Shown piece by piece: positions 27,662 through 38,176 of a stretch of DNA of 64,000 bases. Source of the DNA: Candidatus Krumholzibacteriia bacterium (lineage in GTDB: Bacteria > Krumholzibacteriota > Krumholzibacteriia > WVZY01); assembly GCA_046754105.1 (NCBI GenBank), contig JBHHVD010000001.1, positions 42,733 to 106,732 of the forward strand. Reading direction: 5' to 3'. Numbering within the stretch: the stretch's first letter is position 1; every line of letters starts with the position of its first letter. The notes beneath the pieces are model-generated. The model made no database searches, was not told where the DNA came from, and saw only the letters and a program-made list of their open reading frames with translations. Both the position numbers and the translations under genes were made by a program.

Positions 27662-29767
27662 ATGCCCGAAAATTCCATAACCGTACAATTCGATATCGAG
27701 GGCCTGTGCTGCAACGATGACCAGGCCCTCATCGAGAAGAAAATGCGCGCGCTCGGCGGCGTCCGCGCGTGCGACGTCAACATCGTCAGCCAGGTACTGC
27801 GCGTGGAATACGACCCGGGCCGGCTGTCCCCACAGAGCATCATCAAGTCGGTTGCCGAAACGGGGATGAAGGCGCTCGCCGCCGACCGGCGGCATCCGCG
27901 GCCCGCGTGGTGGCGTGAACGCCGCGTCCTCCTGCTCGTGCTCTCGGGGCTCCTTACCGGCGCGGGTCTGATCACCGCGGCGGCGGGCGCCCACGTGTGG
28001 ATCGCCCGATCACTCTACGCGCTCGGCATTGCGGCCGGCGGTTTTTACCCGGTTCGATCCGGTCTCTCGGCGGCACGGTCCTTTTCCATGAACATCAATA
28101 CCCTGCTCATACTGGGTGTGGTCGGCGCGGTGGGCCTGGACTTGTGGGCGGAGGCTGCGGTCCTCGTCGTCGTGTACTCGCTGGGTAACGTGCTGGAGAC
28201 CTTCGTCGTCCGCAAGGCGAGAGGAGCGATCAAGTCGTTTGTCCAGCTGATGCCCAGGGAGGCCCTGGTCATTCGGGGAAGGAACGAGTCGCTCGTGGCG
28301 ACGAAAGACCTGCGGGTGGGCGATACGGTGCGCGTTCGCCCGGGGGAAAAGATCCCGGTAGACGGCACGGTGATCGACGGCGAGTCCTACGTCGACGAAT
28401 CGGCGGTCACCGGCGAACCGGTGCCGCTGCGCAAGACCGGCGGGCGGCGAGTGTTCGCCGGCACGATGAACCAGCAGGGTTCGTTCACCGCCCGCGTCGA
28501 CAAGGAGGTGGAGGACACGACCCTCGCCAGGATCATCCACTCCGTCGAAGAAGCGCAAACCAGGAAGTCGCGCTACCAGCTCTTCGGCGAACGGTTCTCG
28601 CGCGTTTACACACCGGTGATGTTCCTGCTGGGTGCGATCGTGGCCGTGGTGCCGCCTCTGCTCTTCGGCGCCGCCTGGCAGGATTGGATCTACCGGGCGC
28701 TCGTGGTGTTTGTCGTATCGTGTTCGTGCGGGATCGCTCTGTCGGTGCCCGTGGCCGTCGTTGCGGCCGTCGGCAACGCGGCCCGTCACGGTATCTTGAT
28801 GAAGGGCGGTCTCTACCTGGAGAAGACGGCACGAATAAAGGTCGTGGCCTTCGACAAGACCGGCACGCTCACCATCGGCAGGCCTTCGTTGCAACACGTC
28901 GTCACCGGCGACGGCGCATCGGGAGAGGAAATCCTGTCGCTGGCCGCTTCGATGGAATCCATGTCGGAACACCCCCTCGGAGAGGCCATCGTCCGCAGGG
29001 CGAGGGAATCGGACGTGTACCGCGACCGGAAGGTGTCTGATTTCGAAGCCGTCCCCGGCCGTGGTGTCCGCGCGCGTGTCGACGGGCACGAGTACCTCCT
29101 GGGCAATCGAAGGTTTTTCGAGGAGGCGCGCGTCGCCCTCGGCGGACTGGCAGCGGCCATCGCGGACTTCGAGTCGCAAGCGCACACGCCCGTCATTTTC
29201 GGCACGCGGCAGAGCGTGCTGGGCGTGTTCGCCATTTCCGATTCGTTGAAGCTCGAGTCCCGGGACTCGGTGGCCCGGCTCAAGGCGCGCGGGCTGCGGG
29301 TCACCATGCTGACCGGGGATACGGCAGGCACGGCCGCGGCGGTGGCACTCTCCGCGGGTATCGGTCGTTACCGCTCGGAGCTCCTGCCGCAAGACAAGAT
29401 CCGCGCCGTGACCGAGATCCAGGGCACCGTCGGCGCCGTGATGATGGTGGGAGACGGCATCAACGACGCCCCCGCCATGGCCGTGGCCGACATCGGCGTT
29501 GCGATGGGCGCGGCCGGCACGGACGTGGCGATGGAAACCGGCGATGTCGTGCTCCTCACCGACGATCTGTCGCGCCTGCACCGGCTCTTCGGGCTGGGTC
29601 GCCGGACGGTGCGCACCATCCACCAGAATATCTTCTTTTCCCTCTTCGTAATCGCAGTTCTGGTGCCCGCCGCGCTCTTCGGGCGGATCGATTTGCTGTC
29701 CGGACTGCTGATCAACGAGGGGGGCGCCATCCTCGTTATTCTGAACGGGTTGAGGCTTCTGAAGTGA
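27662..29767 (+). CDS. Heavy-metal-translocating P1B-type ATPase (Zn/Cd/Pb/Co-class exporter)
   Basis: DKTGTLT and GDGINDAP are present, with a TGE actuator region. The N-terminal HMA-like domain reads GLCCNDD instead of the usual MxCxxC. The TM6 metal motif reads [13 protein letters not shown] where CPC is expected. Confidence 0.9.
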   Translation: MPENSITVQFDIEGLCCNDDQALIEKKMRALGGVRACDVNIVSQVLRVEYDPGRLSPQSIIKSVAETGMKALAADRRHPRPAWWRERRVLLLVLSGLLTGAGLITAAAGAHVWIARSLYALGIAAGGFYPVRSGLSAARSFSMNINTLLILGVVGAVGLDLWAEAAVLVVVYSLGNVLETFVVRKARGAIKSFVQLMPREALVIRGRNESLVATKDLRVGDTVRVRPGEKIPVDGTVIDGESYVDESAVTGEPVPLRKTGGRRVFAGTMNQQGSFTARVDKEVEDTTLARIIHSVEEAQTRKSRYQLFGERFSRVYTPVMFLLGAIVAVVPPLLFGAAWQDWIYRALVVFVVSCSCGIALSVPVAVVAAVGNAARHGILMKGGLYLEKTARIKVVAFDKTGTLTIGRPSLQHVVTGDGASGEEILSLAASMESMSEHPLGEAIVRRARESDVYRDRKVSDFEAVPGRGVRARVDGHEYLLGNRRFFEEARVALGGLAAAIADFESQAHTPVIFGTRQSVLGVFAISDSLKLESRDSVARLKARGLRVTMLTGDTAGTAAAVALSAGIGRYRSELLPQDKIRAVTEIQGTVGAVMMVGDGINDAPAMAVADIGVAMGAAGTDVAMETGDVVLLTDDLSRLHRLFGLGRRTVRTIHQNIFFSLFVIAVLVPAALFGRIDLLSGLLINEGGAILVILNGLRLLK

Positions 29768-29907
29768 GCGCCGCCCGCCGCACATCGTATGCACGGTGGC
29801 CGCGCCGGCCCGCCGGGCAGAGCAGACGGTCGCCGCCGCGCGTGCCGCCGACGATTTGTACCGTGCAATGACGAACGGCCTGCCGAGTAGCAGCACCAGA
29901 ACACGGG

Positions 29908-30945
29908 CTACGGTCGGTTTCCCTCCGTCGTCCGGATCGAGTCCGCGAGCGCGGCTGCGATGATACGATGCGCTACGGCGCCCCACACGTGGCCCTCCGC
30001 AGAGTTGAAATCGCGCACACCTTCGAACCACGGCGTCACCTCGATATAGTCGAGATCTCCCCGGCGGTCCATTTCCAACACGGTGTTCTTGATGTGCGGG
30101 TGCCGATCCAGCTGTTCGTTGACTGCGATCATCACGAGCGCGGCCCCATCACGCTTGAGACCCGCCGCGAACTGCCCCAACAACTCGGCGTAGAACCGCT
30201 CCTGCATCGGCACTTCGTCCCCATCGGTGCGAGTGTCGTACTCACGTTCCTTCTGTTTGACCCTGGTAGCCTTCAGCATGAGATAGACGCGGTTTCTAAA
30301 AAAATTGTAGAGCTGCGACCGCTGAATGATCGAGCGTGACAGGTATTTCTTGGCCCAGTTGATTCCGCCGTCCCCGTCGACGAACTCGAGCCGGCCGTCC
30401 TCGACGCGAGTCACCATGTTGTTGAAATTGTCCTCGGGGTCGTTCGAGCAGTACTGCAAGACGACTATTTCGGGGTGAAACAAACTGCCGAAATCGTAGT
30501 AACGCCGCACCTCCTGAGTGAGCCCCCAGCCGGGGTTTCCGAGGTTGACGACGTCGTATCGTCCGTCCAGCTCTCTCGCCAGCCGCTGCGGATATTCCTC
30601 GCCGTCGTCGACACCCATGCCGAACGTGTACGAGTCTCCGAGGGTAACGATTGTCGGCTTTTGCGGAGGGCTCGTCAGCTCGACCGCGTCACCGCGGTAA
30701 CCCTGTTTGTTGATCGTGTAATGAAACTTGTACCTGCCGGGAACGGAATGAACCATGCGCGTGTTCTCGAAAAGCACAAACCCGTACCTGGGCGAGTACT
30801 TGTAGCGGGGCGAAAGGTACTCCACGGGGCTGAACAACCTCAGAGTCACCTCGCCCGCCGCGAGGACGAATACCGCCGTAATCGCCAACATGAATATATA
30901 CAAGCGCAACTTCTTGATGCCGTTTTCCCCTATGTGTGGGTTCAT
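29908..30945 (-). CDS. SGNH/GDSL-family hydrolase with an N-terminal membrane anchor
   Basis: Internal Met gives MNPHIGENGIKKLRLYIFMLAITAVFVLAAG, a TM segment. Block I is TLGDSYTFG, and block V is near the C-terminus at AEGHVWGAVAH. The track ORF extends further 5' without support. Confidence 0.7.
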   Translation of the reverse strand: MNPHIGENGIKKLRLYIFMLAITAVFVLAAGEVTLRLFSPVEYLSPRYKYSPRYGFVLFENTRMVHSVPGRYKFHYTINKQGYRGDAVELTSPPQKPTIVTLGDSYTFGMGVDDGEEYPQRLARELDGRYDVVNLGNPGWGLTQEVRRYYDFGSLFHPEIVVLQYCSNDPEDNFNNMVTRVEDGRLEFVDGDGGINWAKKYLSRSIIQRSQLYNFFRNRVYLMLKATRVKQKEREYDTRTDGDEVPMQERFYAELLGQFAAGLKRDGAALVMIAVNEQLDRHPHIKNTVLEMDRRGDLDYIEVTPWFEGVRDFNSAEGHVWGAVAHRIIAAALADSIRTTEGNRP

Positions 30946-31217
30946 GCCGGACCACCAGTATACCGTTCGCAGGCGACCCCCTTCAACATCTTCGCGGCTC
31001 CCGAGCGGGCAAGACACGGGCCCGCGGGCCCGTGGCGCGCCAATTGCCCCGTCGTCACGAGGCCGCCGCCCCGTTGGGCGTCTCGTACAGCGTATGGGTC
31101 GCACCCCCGGCATCGTGGCATGTTGACTTACCCTACCATCCGCCTTTATACTCGGGCGCGCAAATCACCGGTCTTACGCCGCGCCCACTTCGCCGCAGCC
31201 AGGAAAAGGACGAACCC

Positions 31218-32927
31218 ATGAAAGCTCCCAGGTCCCTGCTTTTTTTCGCGATCCTCATGTCTGCACCGCTGGTCTCGTGTCACCCGCACGATTCCTCCGC
31301 GGAGCACCCCTCTGCGGGTCCCGCTCGCCAATCGATCGAGACGATGGCGGCCGGGTTCTCGGCCGACCGTCTCCGGACGCACATCGAGTACCTGTCCGCG
31401 GACGAGCTCGAAGGCCGTTCGCCGGGTTCCGAGGGAGAGGCTCTCACGCTCGATTACCTGGCCGAACAGTACCGGGAGATGGGACTGTCACCGGGCAACC
31501 CGGACGGCTCCTTCCTGCAGGAAGTGCCGCTCATCGGCTCCACCGTGATCAACCGGCCGCCGTTGAGATTGGAATCCGGGGACGGGGTTGTCGAGCTCCG
31601 CTACATGGAGGACTTCATGGGCTGGACGCTTCGCAAACAGGAAAACGTGTCGGTGGACGACGCGGAGCTGGTGTTCGTGGGGTACGGGATCGTCGCGCCC
31701 GAGTACGACTGGAACGACTACAAGGACGTAGACGTAGCGGGCAAGGTCATCGTTATGCTCGTAGGTGACCCACCGCTGCCCGACACAACGCTTTTCGGCG
31801 GCCGCGCGATGACCTACTACGGTCGCTGGACGTACAAGTTCGAGATTGCGGCGGAGAAAGGAGCGGCCGGGGCGATCGTGATCCACGAGGACGCGGCGGC
31901 CGGCTACCCGTGGGAAGTCGTGTCAAATTCATGGTCAGGCGAGCAGTTTGACATCGAGCGTCCCGGGAAGGGTGCGGATCGTTGTGCCCTGGAGAGCTGG
32001 ATCACCACGCCGTCCGCGACGCGCGTGTTCGAGGGCGCCGGGCTCGAGCTGGCCCACATGTACGAATCGGCGTTGTCGAGAGAATTCCGCCCGGTTCCAC
32101 TGGGAATAAACGCCCGATGCGCGATCCGAAGCACCTTTCGCAATATTCGATCGTATAATCTCGTGGCACGTCTCGAAGGTACCGACGCGAAGCTCAAGGA
32201 CGAGTGTATTATTTATACCGCCCACTGGGACCACCTCGGCATGGGCAACCCGGCGCAGGGGGACTCCATCTACAACGGCGCGCTGGACAACGCGACAGGT
32301 GTCGCAGCCACGCTGGAGATCGCGAGGGCGTTCGTAGCCAATAGACGGCTGGCCCGCCGCTCGATACTCTTCGTCAATACGACGGGGGAAGAAAGCGGGC
32401 TCCTCGGATCGAAGCATTACGCGGAACACCCGCTCTACCCGCTGGCCAGCACCGTTGCCATGATCAATATCGACGGACTCAACGTCTGGGGCCGAACGAA
32501 AGACGTCGTCGTGATCGGGTACGGTTTCTCCGATCTCGACCAATACCTCGGCCGGGCCATCCGCGCCGAGAACCGCTACCTCAAGCCCGACTCGGAACCA
32601 GAGAAGGGCTACTACTATCGCTCCGACCATTTCCCCTTTGCGAAGAAAGGTGTCCCCGCGCTGTACGCGGATAGCGGCACCGAATTCGTGGACAGACCCG
32701 GCGACTGGGGCAGCAAGGTCCGCGACGAGTACACGCGGACCCGATACCACAAGCCGCAGGACGAGTTCGATCCGGAATGGAACCTCAGCGGGGCCGTCGA
32801 GGACCTGAATGCGTACTTCCGCGTCGGGATGATGATCGCCGCCGCCGACGCCTATCCGAGGTGGAGCGCCAGGAGTGAGTTCCGCGAAATCAGGGAGCGA
32901 TCCCTGCGGGCGAGCGGCCGCAAGTAG
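31218..32927 (+). CDS. Secreted M28-family zinc aminopeptidase with a PA domain
   Basis: Signal peptide MKAPRSLLFFAILMSAPLVSC after the RBS aggaaaagga. M28 core: HWDHLGMG...DNATGVAATLEIARAF...TTGEESGLLGSKHYAEH...YYRSDHFPF. Confidence 0.85.
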   Translation: MKAPRSLLFFAILMSAPLVSCHPHDSSAEHPSAGPARQSIETMAAGFSADRLRTHIEYLSADELEGRSPGSEGEALTLDYLAEQYREMGLSPGNPDGSFLQEVPLIGSTVINRPPLRLESGDGVVELRYMEDFMGWTLRKQENVSVDDAELVFVGYGIVAPEYDWNDYKDVDVAGKVIVMLVGDPPLPDTTLFGGRAMTYYGRWTYKFEIAAEKGAAGAIVIHEDAAAGYPWEVVSNSWSGEQFDIERPGKGADRCALESWITTPSATRVFEGAGLELAHMYESALSREFRPVPLGINARCAIRSTFRNIRSYNLVARLEGTDAKLKDECIIYTAHWDHLGMGNPAQGDSIYNGALDNATGVAATLEIARAFVANRRLARRSILFVNTTGEESGLLGSKHYAEHPLYPLASTVAMINIDGLNVWGRTKDVVVIGYGFSDLDQYLGRAIRAENRYLKPDSEPEKGYYYRSDHFPFAKKGVPALYADSGTEFVDRPGDWGSKVRDEYTRTRYHKPQDEFDPEWNLSGAVEDLNAYFRVGMMIAAADAYPRWSARSEFREIRERSLRASGRK

Positions 32928-33019
32928 TCCGCGTCTCGCGCGACCAGTATTAGCCAACCAATTATCTTCAAGTTGGTTACCCGCTTCCCGGCCGACCGGG
33001 CACCCGTACTCTGGTCGAG

Positions 33020-33044
33020 AAACTTGACTTTTGTCAAGTTTTGT
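33020..33044 (+). terminator. Perfect hairpin AAACTTGAC-TTTT-GTCAAGTTT followed by TGTC: a rho-independent terminator for the M28 gene, or an operator-like palindrome (coordinates +/-1)
   Basis: A 9-bp stem with a 4-nt loop and a trailing T-run. It sits ~95 nt after the M28 stop, in an AT-richer 300-bp intergenic region upstream of secreted paralogue A. Confidence 0.5.
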
Positions 33045-33226
33045 CGGATAATACGCTTCCTCCGTGCCACAAGTTTGCGAGCCTCAAATCGTCCGCGCAG
33101 CTCCCACTCCTGCGCGGGCAATCGCATGTTGCAGAAGGTGGCATCGAGATTCCTTCTAGCCACATTTCGATCTAGAGAACCAGTCGCCGAATGACAGGAT
33201 GTCGTCGGCGGAAAGGAGATCGTCCA

Positions 33227-33943
33227 ATGAGAACCGTCAGCGGACTCCTGTTCGTTCTGTGTCTCGCCATGCCGGCCCTCGCCGGTCCGCCCATCAATGG
33301 CGTCTACCAGTCGACCGACCTCGGTGGCCCCATGCTGGCGGGACGCTACAGCGTGTCGTGGACCGCGCCGAACGGCGCCTTATCCGTGGGCAATACGACA
33401 GACAAGTTTTCGTGGGACGGGCTGACGCTCGGAACCCAGTGGTGGATGTACTGTGCCGAGCTCGCGATTCCTCCGAGTTTGATCGATGACACGGTCGATG
33501 TGAACGGGAACGGCACGCAGACCTGGTCCGGCACCTTCACCGGCGGATTCTGCATCCTGGCCGGCAACGGCCCGTGGGGTGACGGGTCGCAGCCCTCGTA
33601 CATGGCGCCGTACACGTCATATTCGGAGGTCAAAACCCTGACGTTCTCGAACTTCCAGGTGGTCGGAGTCGTAAGCAGCGTCAATGTCCAGGCGGGGCCT
33701 TTCGTCGGCTTCAACAACGCGTGCATGTCCCTCTCGATTTCCAACCAGGATGAACTTGCCACGACCGATACGGCGGCGCTGCCGGCGGATTTTCCGGGCT
33801 TTATAGACCCGCTCACCTGCTCGTCGACCCGGACCATGGGTAGTTGGGGTACCTCGGACGGGTTTACGCTGGTCATCCTGGGATGCACGGTACCCGTCGA
33901 GGAATCCACGTGGGGTGCGATCAAGGCCCTCTACAACGAATAG
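33227..33943 (+). CDS. Secreted Cys-containing protein of unknown function, family member A, with the C-terminal tag ...PVEESTWGAIKALYNE
   Basis: Signal peptide MRTVSGLLFVLCLAMPALAGPP. About 35-40 % identical to the next gene over its full length. No recognisable catalytic motif. Confidence 0.7.
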   Translation: MRTVSGLLFVLCLAMPALAGPPINGVYQSTDLGGPMLAGRYSVSWTAPNGALSVGNTTDKFSWDGLTLGTQWWMYCAELAIPPSLIDDTVDVNGNGTQTWSGTFTGGFCILAGNGPWGDGSQPSYMAPYTSYSEVKTLTFSNFQVVGVVSSVNVQAGPFVGFNNACMSLSISNQDELATTDTAALPADFPGFIDPLTCSSTRTMGSWGTSDGFTLVILGCTVPVEESTWGAIKALYNE

Positions 33944-33980
33944 CGGTAATACGCCACTTTTCGGTGACAGGAGGATAACG

Positions 33981-34676
33981 ATGAGAATTGCGAAAAAAAT
34001 TTTGTTGCTCTTGGCGGTTTTCGCGGCGTTGGCGGTTTCGTCCCGCGCCGGCGCACCCATTCAGGGGACGTACAAGAGCTCCGCGGGTCAGGTAATGGCT
34101 GGGCGCTACGCGGAGTCATTCGCGAACGCGGGTGAGTTTCTCACCCCCGGCAACGTGATGACGACGGAATCATGGAATGGAGCGTCGCTCGCTACGCAGT
34201 ATTTCTTTTCCTGCCCGCAGCTGGTCTCCGTCAACCTCGTCCAGGACAACACGGGCGGAACCGGAAACGGCTCCATCATCTGGTCGAAGGTCTACCTGGG
34301 AGGCGCGTTCTTTATGAACGGCGCGGGCGAGGCCTGGGACGGCGGCGACGCGACCTACTCCGGCGTGATCGATACGTATACCGAGCGCGTCACCGTTCTC
34401 TTCATCGGCGGGGTCAGGGTGTCCGCGACGTCAAACATCGAGGGGAGCGGGCGCTTCAACGGCTTTCCCAACGCGTGCATCAGCTGGATTGCAAACGGGG
34501 TGGACGTGGCGGGCGCCAAGCCGGCCGGATTTCCCGACTACGTCGATTCCTCGTGCAATCCGAATCGCGTCTTCGGCCGCTTCGGCAACCGTACTGATTA
34601 TACGATCAATGTCATCCCCTGCGTTGTGCCGGTCGAGGACGCCACGTGGGGACACATCAAGGCCCTGTACGAGTAG
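33981..34676 (+). CDS. Secreted Cys-containing protein of unknown function, family member B, with the C-terminal tag ...PVEDATWGHIKALYE
   Basis: Strong RBS gacaggaggataacgATG. Signal peptide MRIAKKILLLLAVFAALAVSSRAGAP. Collinear with member A: GxYxS...AGRY; NACxS; GFPxxxD; CxVPVE. Confidence 0.75.
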   Translation: MRIAKKILLLLAVFAALAVSSRAGAPIQGTYKSSAGQVMAGRYAESFANAGEFLTPGNVMTTESWNGASLATQYFFSCPQLVSVNLVQDNTGGTGNGSIIWSKVYLGGAFFMNGAGEAWDGGDATYSGVIDTYTERVTVLFIGGVRVSATSNIEGSGRFNGFPNACISWIANGVDVAGAKPAGFPDYVDSSCNPNRVFGRFGNRTDYTINVIPCVVPVEDATWGHIKALYE

Positions 34677-34718
34677 AGGGAAACAAACGTGGGCACAGCC
34701 CGGCCCGCGCCGGCGGCC

Positions 34719-36197
34719 TTAAATAAAGAACCGGCCGGCCAGGTAGATGAACAGCGTCACCACGACGATCGCGGCCAGGTTCAACCACAACCCCGCGCCG
34801 GCCATCTCGGCAACGGTAAGGCGCCGGGTGCCGAACACGATGGCGTTCGGCGGCGTTGCCACCGGCAACATGAACGCGCACGAGGCAGCAAGCGTCGCCG
34901 GCGCCATGAGCAACAGCGGTGGTACGCCGATGACCGTGCTGAGCGAGGCAATGATCGGCAGCACGACCTGCGTGGTAGCCGTGTTGGAGGTAAGCTCGGT
35001 GAGGAACGTGATCAGACCACACACCGCCAGCACCATCAGAACCGTCGGCAGCCCCTGCAGGGCGGCGAGTTGTCCGCCGAGGTAGGCGGACAGACCCGAC
35101 TCCTGGAATCCCTTCGCCAGGGCGAACCCGCCGCCAAGAAGTACGACGATATCCCACGGCAGCTTCGCCACCATCCCTCGATCCATGATGAACTCGGGCC
35201 TGCCCCTTGCGGGCACCAGGAAGAGTGTCAGGGCGACGGCGATGGCGACCGTGCCGTCATCGATGAACGAGACGTCCCCGAACAGTGACGCCCAGCCGTG
35301 CAGCACCGTGTTGCCGAGCGTGATATCAGCCCTCGTCACAAGCAACAGCGCGAAGAGCGCGAACGCGGCCAGGACGACTTTTTCCTCGAAGGACGGCCGT
35401 CCCAGGGCCCGGTATTCCCGCTCGAGAACCTCGGGATCCACCCCGAAGGCGATGCGCCGGGTCAACCGAAGCCGGAGCACGGCATAGGTCACCAGGAAGA
35501 GCAGCGCGGAAACCGGCAGCCCGAGCGACATCCACGAGAGAAACGTAATCTCCCGGGCCTCCGGGAACGAGATGGAATAGATTCTCGCCAGGGACAAATT
35601 CGGGGCGGTTCCTACCAGCGTGGCCATGCCACCGATCGATGCCGCGTAGGCGACGCCGAGCAGGAGGGCGACCTGGAGCTTTTTCACGTCGCCCGCGGCC
35701 GTCTCCTCGAGCTTCACGAGGAGTGCGACCACGATCGGCACCATCATCATCGCCGTCGCCGTATTTGAAATCCACATCGACAACAGCCAGCTCCCCAGCA
35801 TAAAACCGAGGAGGAGCCGGTTTGGGCTCTTGCCGACGGCCAGGATGACCTTGAGCGCAATGCGGCGGTGAAGATTCCAGCGCTCCATGGCAAGCGCAAT
35901 GATGAACCCGCCGATGAACAGAAAAAGAATGTTGTTGAGGTAGAGCGGCGCCACTTCCCTGCCCTTCATGATGCCCAGCGCGGGGAAGAGGGCGATCGGG
36001 AACAGTGCAGTCACGGCGAGCGGTATCGCGTCGGTAAGCCAGAATATCGCCATCAACACGCCGACGGCCAGAGTCCTGGCGACGGCGGGGTGCTCCGGAT
36101 CCACACGGACGAACACGAGCAGTATCAGGAAGACGGTCAATCCCGCCAGGACATACGCGCGACGGCGATTCATACGCAATGCGAGCGGTTTCTCCAT
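34719..36197 (-). CDS. DASS/SLC13-family anion:sodium symporter (CitT / sulfate-dicarboxylate type permease)
   Basis: Start at the internal Met MEKPLALRMNRRRAYVLAG. Multi-TM. The duplicated motifs ...SNTATAMMMVPI... and ...TSNTATTQVVLPI... are the hairpin-loop signatures of DASS transporters. Confidence 0.85.
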   Translation of the reverse strand: MEKPLALRMNRRRAYVLAGLTVFLILLVFVRVDPEHPAVARTLAVGVLMAIFWLTDAIPLAVTALFPIALFPALGIMKGREVAPLYLNNILFLFIGGFIIALAMERWNLHRRIALKVILAVGKSPNRLLLGFMLGSWLLSMWISNTATAMMMVPIVVALLVKLEETAAGDVKKLQVALLLGVAYAASIGGMATLVGTAPNLSLARIYSISFPEAREITFLSWMSLGLPVSALLFLVTYAVLRLRLTRRIAFGVDPEVLEREYRALGRPSFEEKVVLAAFALFALLLVTRADITLGNTVLHGWASLFGDVSFIDDGTVAIAVALTLFLVPARGRPEFIMDRGMVAKLPWDIVVLLGGGFALAKGFQESGLSAYLGGQLAALQGLPTVLMVLAVCGLITFLTELTSNTATTQVVLPIIASLSTVIGVPPLLLMAPATLAASCAFMLPVATPPNAIVFGTRRLTVAEMAGAGLWLNLAAIVVVTLFIYLAGRFFI

Positions 36198-36202
36198 TGA
36201 CA

Positions 36203-36826
36203 CTAGCCGGCGCTTCCAGCCGTGGGTACGCCGTCCATACCAGCCCACAGATACCAGGTCGCTACGGTGCGGTAGGGTCGCCAGCGGTCCGTGATCTCCG
36301 CCAGATTCGTGTCCCCCGGGCGCCGGTAGTGTCGCTCGATCGCCTTGCGCAGCCCCAGGTCGCCCAGGGGAAAGACGTCGGGGCGGTTCAAACCGAATAT
36401 GAGGAACATCTCCGCGCTCCATCTGCCGATGCCTCGCACGCGCGTCAACTCGCTCACTATTTCCTCATCGCTGAGACGTCTTATCTCTCGGCGCGGAAAG
36501 CGATCGGATTCGAAGTATCGCGCCAGTTCGACGACGTACTCCGCCTTGCGCCGCGAGAGACCGGCTGCGATGAGTTGCGCGCTCGAAACCCGCAGGAAGT
36601 CGGCCGGCTTGGGATGGCGCCCGCCGATAGCTCTCAACAGGCGCCTGTGAATCGCACAGGCCGCTTTCCAGCTGAGCTGTTGCCAGACGATCGATTCGAA
36701 CAGCGCAACAAAATAACTTCTTGCCCGCCTCAGCCGGCACGGCCCGATTTCCGCGATGAGGTGCCTCATGGTCGGATCGCAGCGGGCGAGGTATTCGCAC
36801 GCCCGGTCGAAATCTCCCGGATTCAA
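36203..36826 (-). CDS. HhH-GPD superfamily DNA glycosylase (AlkA-like DNA-3-methyladenine glycosylase II)
   Basis: ELTRVRGIGRWSAEMFLIFGLNRPDVFPLGDLGLRKA carries the HhH-GPD motif with the catalytic Asp. Confidence 0.85.
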   Translation of the reverse strand: MNPGDFDRACEYLARCDPTMRHLIAEIGPCRLRRARSYFVALFESIVWQQLSWKAACAIHRRLLRAIGGRHPKPADFLRVSSAQLIAAGLSRRKAEYVVELARYFESDRFPRREIRRLSDEEIVSELTRVRGIGRWSAEMFLIFGLNRPDVFPLGDLGLRKAIERHYRRPGDTNLAEITDRWRPYRTVATWYLWAGMDGVPTAGSAG

Positions 36827-36869
36827 CGGGTGATCCTTTCACTGATTGCGTTGAAATGGCAGGTGTCGT

Positions 36870-38150
36870 TTGTTAGCTTACAACAATGATGACGACGTTG
36901 CAAAGACCGGGGACCCGGAAATGAGCGGGTTCCGTAGAGAGGACCTCATCTACGACTGGAACGAGGTGGAGGCGCCGCCCCAGCACGCGCTCAAGCTCAA
37001 CGACGAAACGCTTCGCGACGGTCTCCAATCCCCGTCGGTGGCAACCCCCGCCATAGAGAGCAAGATCAAGATCCTCCGCCTCATGGAGGATCTCGGCATT
37101 TACAGCGCCGATATAGGGTTACCCGGTGCCGGCCCACAGGCCTTCAACAGCACGCTCGCCCTCGCCGCCGAGATCGCGCGGGCGAAGATGCGACTGTACC
37201 CCTACTGCGCCGCGCGGACCATCGTTAATGACATCGCGCCCATTATCGAGATCTCCCAAAAGACGGGGCTGCGGATCCAGGCGGCGCTGTTCATGTTCTC
37301 GAGCCCCATCCGGCAACTGACCGAAAGCTGGGACGCGGACCGCATGCTCAAAACCAGCGAGGATGCCATCGCTTTCGCTCTCAAGAACGACGTCCCGGTA
37401 ATGTACGTTACCGAGGACACGACGCGCTCCCGGCCGGAGACGTTGACCCGCCTCTACCGGATGGCGCTCGACAACGGCGTCGAACGCGTCTGTATCGCCG
37501 ATACCGTCGGGCACGCAACCCCGACCGGCGTGCGAAGAATCGTCGGTTTTCTAAAGGAAATGGTCGATGAAACGAGTGTCGACGTGGGAATCGACTGGCA
37601 CGGCCACCGGGATCGCGGCTTGAGCATCATCAATGCGCTGACCGCTTACTACGCGGGCGCCGACCGCATCCACGGCTGCGCCCTCGGCATCGGAGAGCGT
37701 GTCGGCAACACGCCGCTCGACCTGCTCATGGTCAACTTCAAATTGCTCGGGATACTGGACCAGGACCTGACGAGGCTGCCCGAGTACTGCCGCACGGTTT
37801 CGGAGGCGTGCAACGTACCGATTCCGGATAACTACCCGGTCGTCGGAGCCGATGCGTTCCGGACGGCGACCGGTGTCCACGCGGACGCCATTATCAAGGC
37901 GTTCAAGAAGGGCGACGCCTGGCTGGCAAATCGAGTGTATAGCGCGGTGCCGGCGGACGAATTTGGACTGACGCAGATTATCGAAATCGGTCCAATGAGC
38001 GGCAAATCCAACGTCCGCTACTGGCTGGAACAGCACGACGTCCGCGTAACGGATGAAGTCGTGAACAGGATCTTTGCGGAAGCAAAACGCGTGGACTCGG
38101 TGTTGTCGGAGAAACAAATAGTGGCCCTGGTGTCAAAGTCCGCCGATTGA
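36870..38150 (+). CDS. HMGL-like family protein (2-isopropylmalate / citramalate / homocitrate synthase-like), lacking the LeuA C-terminal regulatory domain
   Basis: LNDETLRDGLQSP is a DRE-TIM metallolyase N-motif. The region ...IADTVGHATP...DWHGHRDRG...N is also present. 426 aa. Confidence 0.7.
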   Translation: MLAYNNDDDVAKTGDPEMSGFRREDLIYDWNEVEAPPQHALKLNDETLRDGLQSPSVATPAIESKIKILRLMEDLGIYSADIGLPGAGPQAFNSTLALAAEIARAKMRLYPYCAARTIVNDIAPIIEISQKTGLRIQAALFMFSSPIRQLTESWDADRMLKTSEDAIAFALKNDVPVMYVTEDTTRSRPETLTRLYRMALDNGVERVCIADTVGHATPTGVRRIVGFLKEMVDETSVDVGIDWHGHRDRGLSIINALTAYYAGADRIHGCALGIGERVGNTPLDLLMVNFKLLGILDQDLTRLPEYCRTVSEACNVPIPDNYPVVGADAFRTATGVHADAIIKAFKKGDAWLANRVYSAVPADEFGLTQIIEIGPMSGKSNVRYWLEQHDVRVTDEVVNRIFAEAKRVDSVLSEKQIVALVSKSAD

Positions 38151-38176
38151 TCCGGCGAGACTCCGGTCATCCGGTT

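Noticed and set aside
29768-29907. Long-range inverted repeat TGCACGGT...ACCGTGCA between the ATPase and SGNH genes as a terminator
   Set aside because: The arms are about 60 nt apart with a GC-rich interior and no T-tract, so it is not a convincing intrinsic terminator.
28010-30031. 673-aa minus-strand ORF
   Set aside because: Lies entirely antisense to the P1B ATPase (27662-29767) and the downstream gap. Arg/Gly/Pro-rich with no motifs. A typical high-GC antisense ORF.
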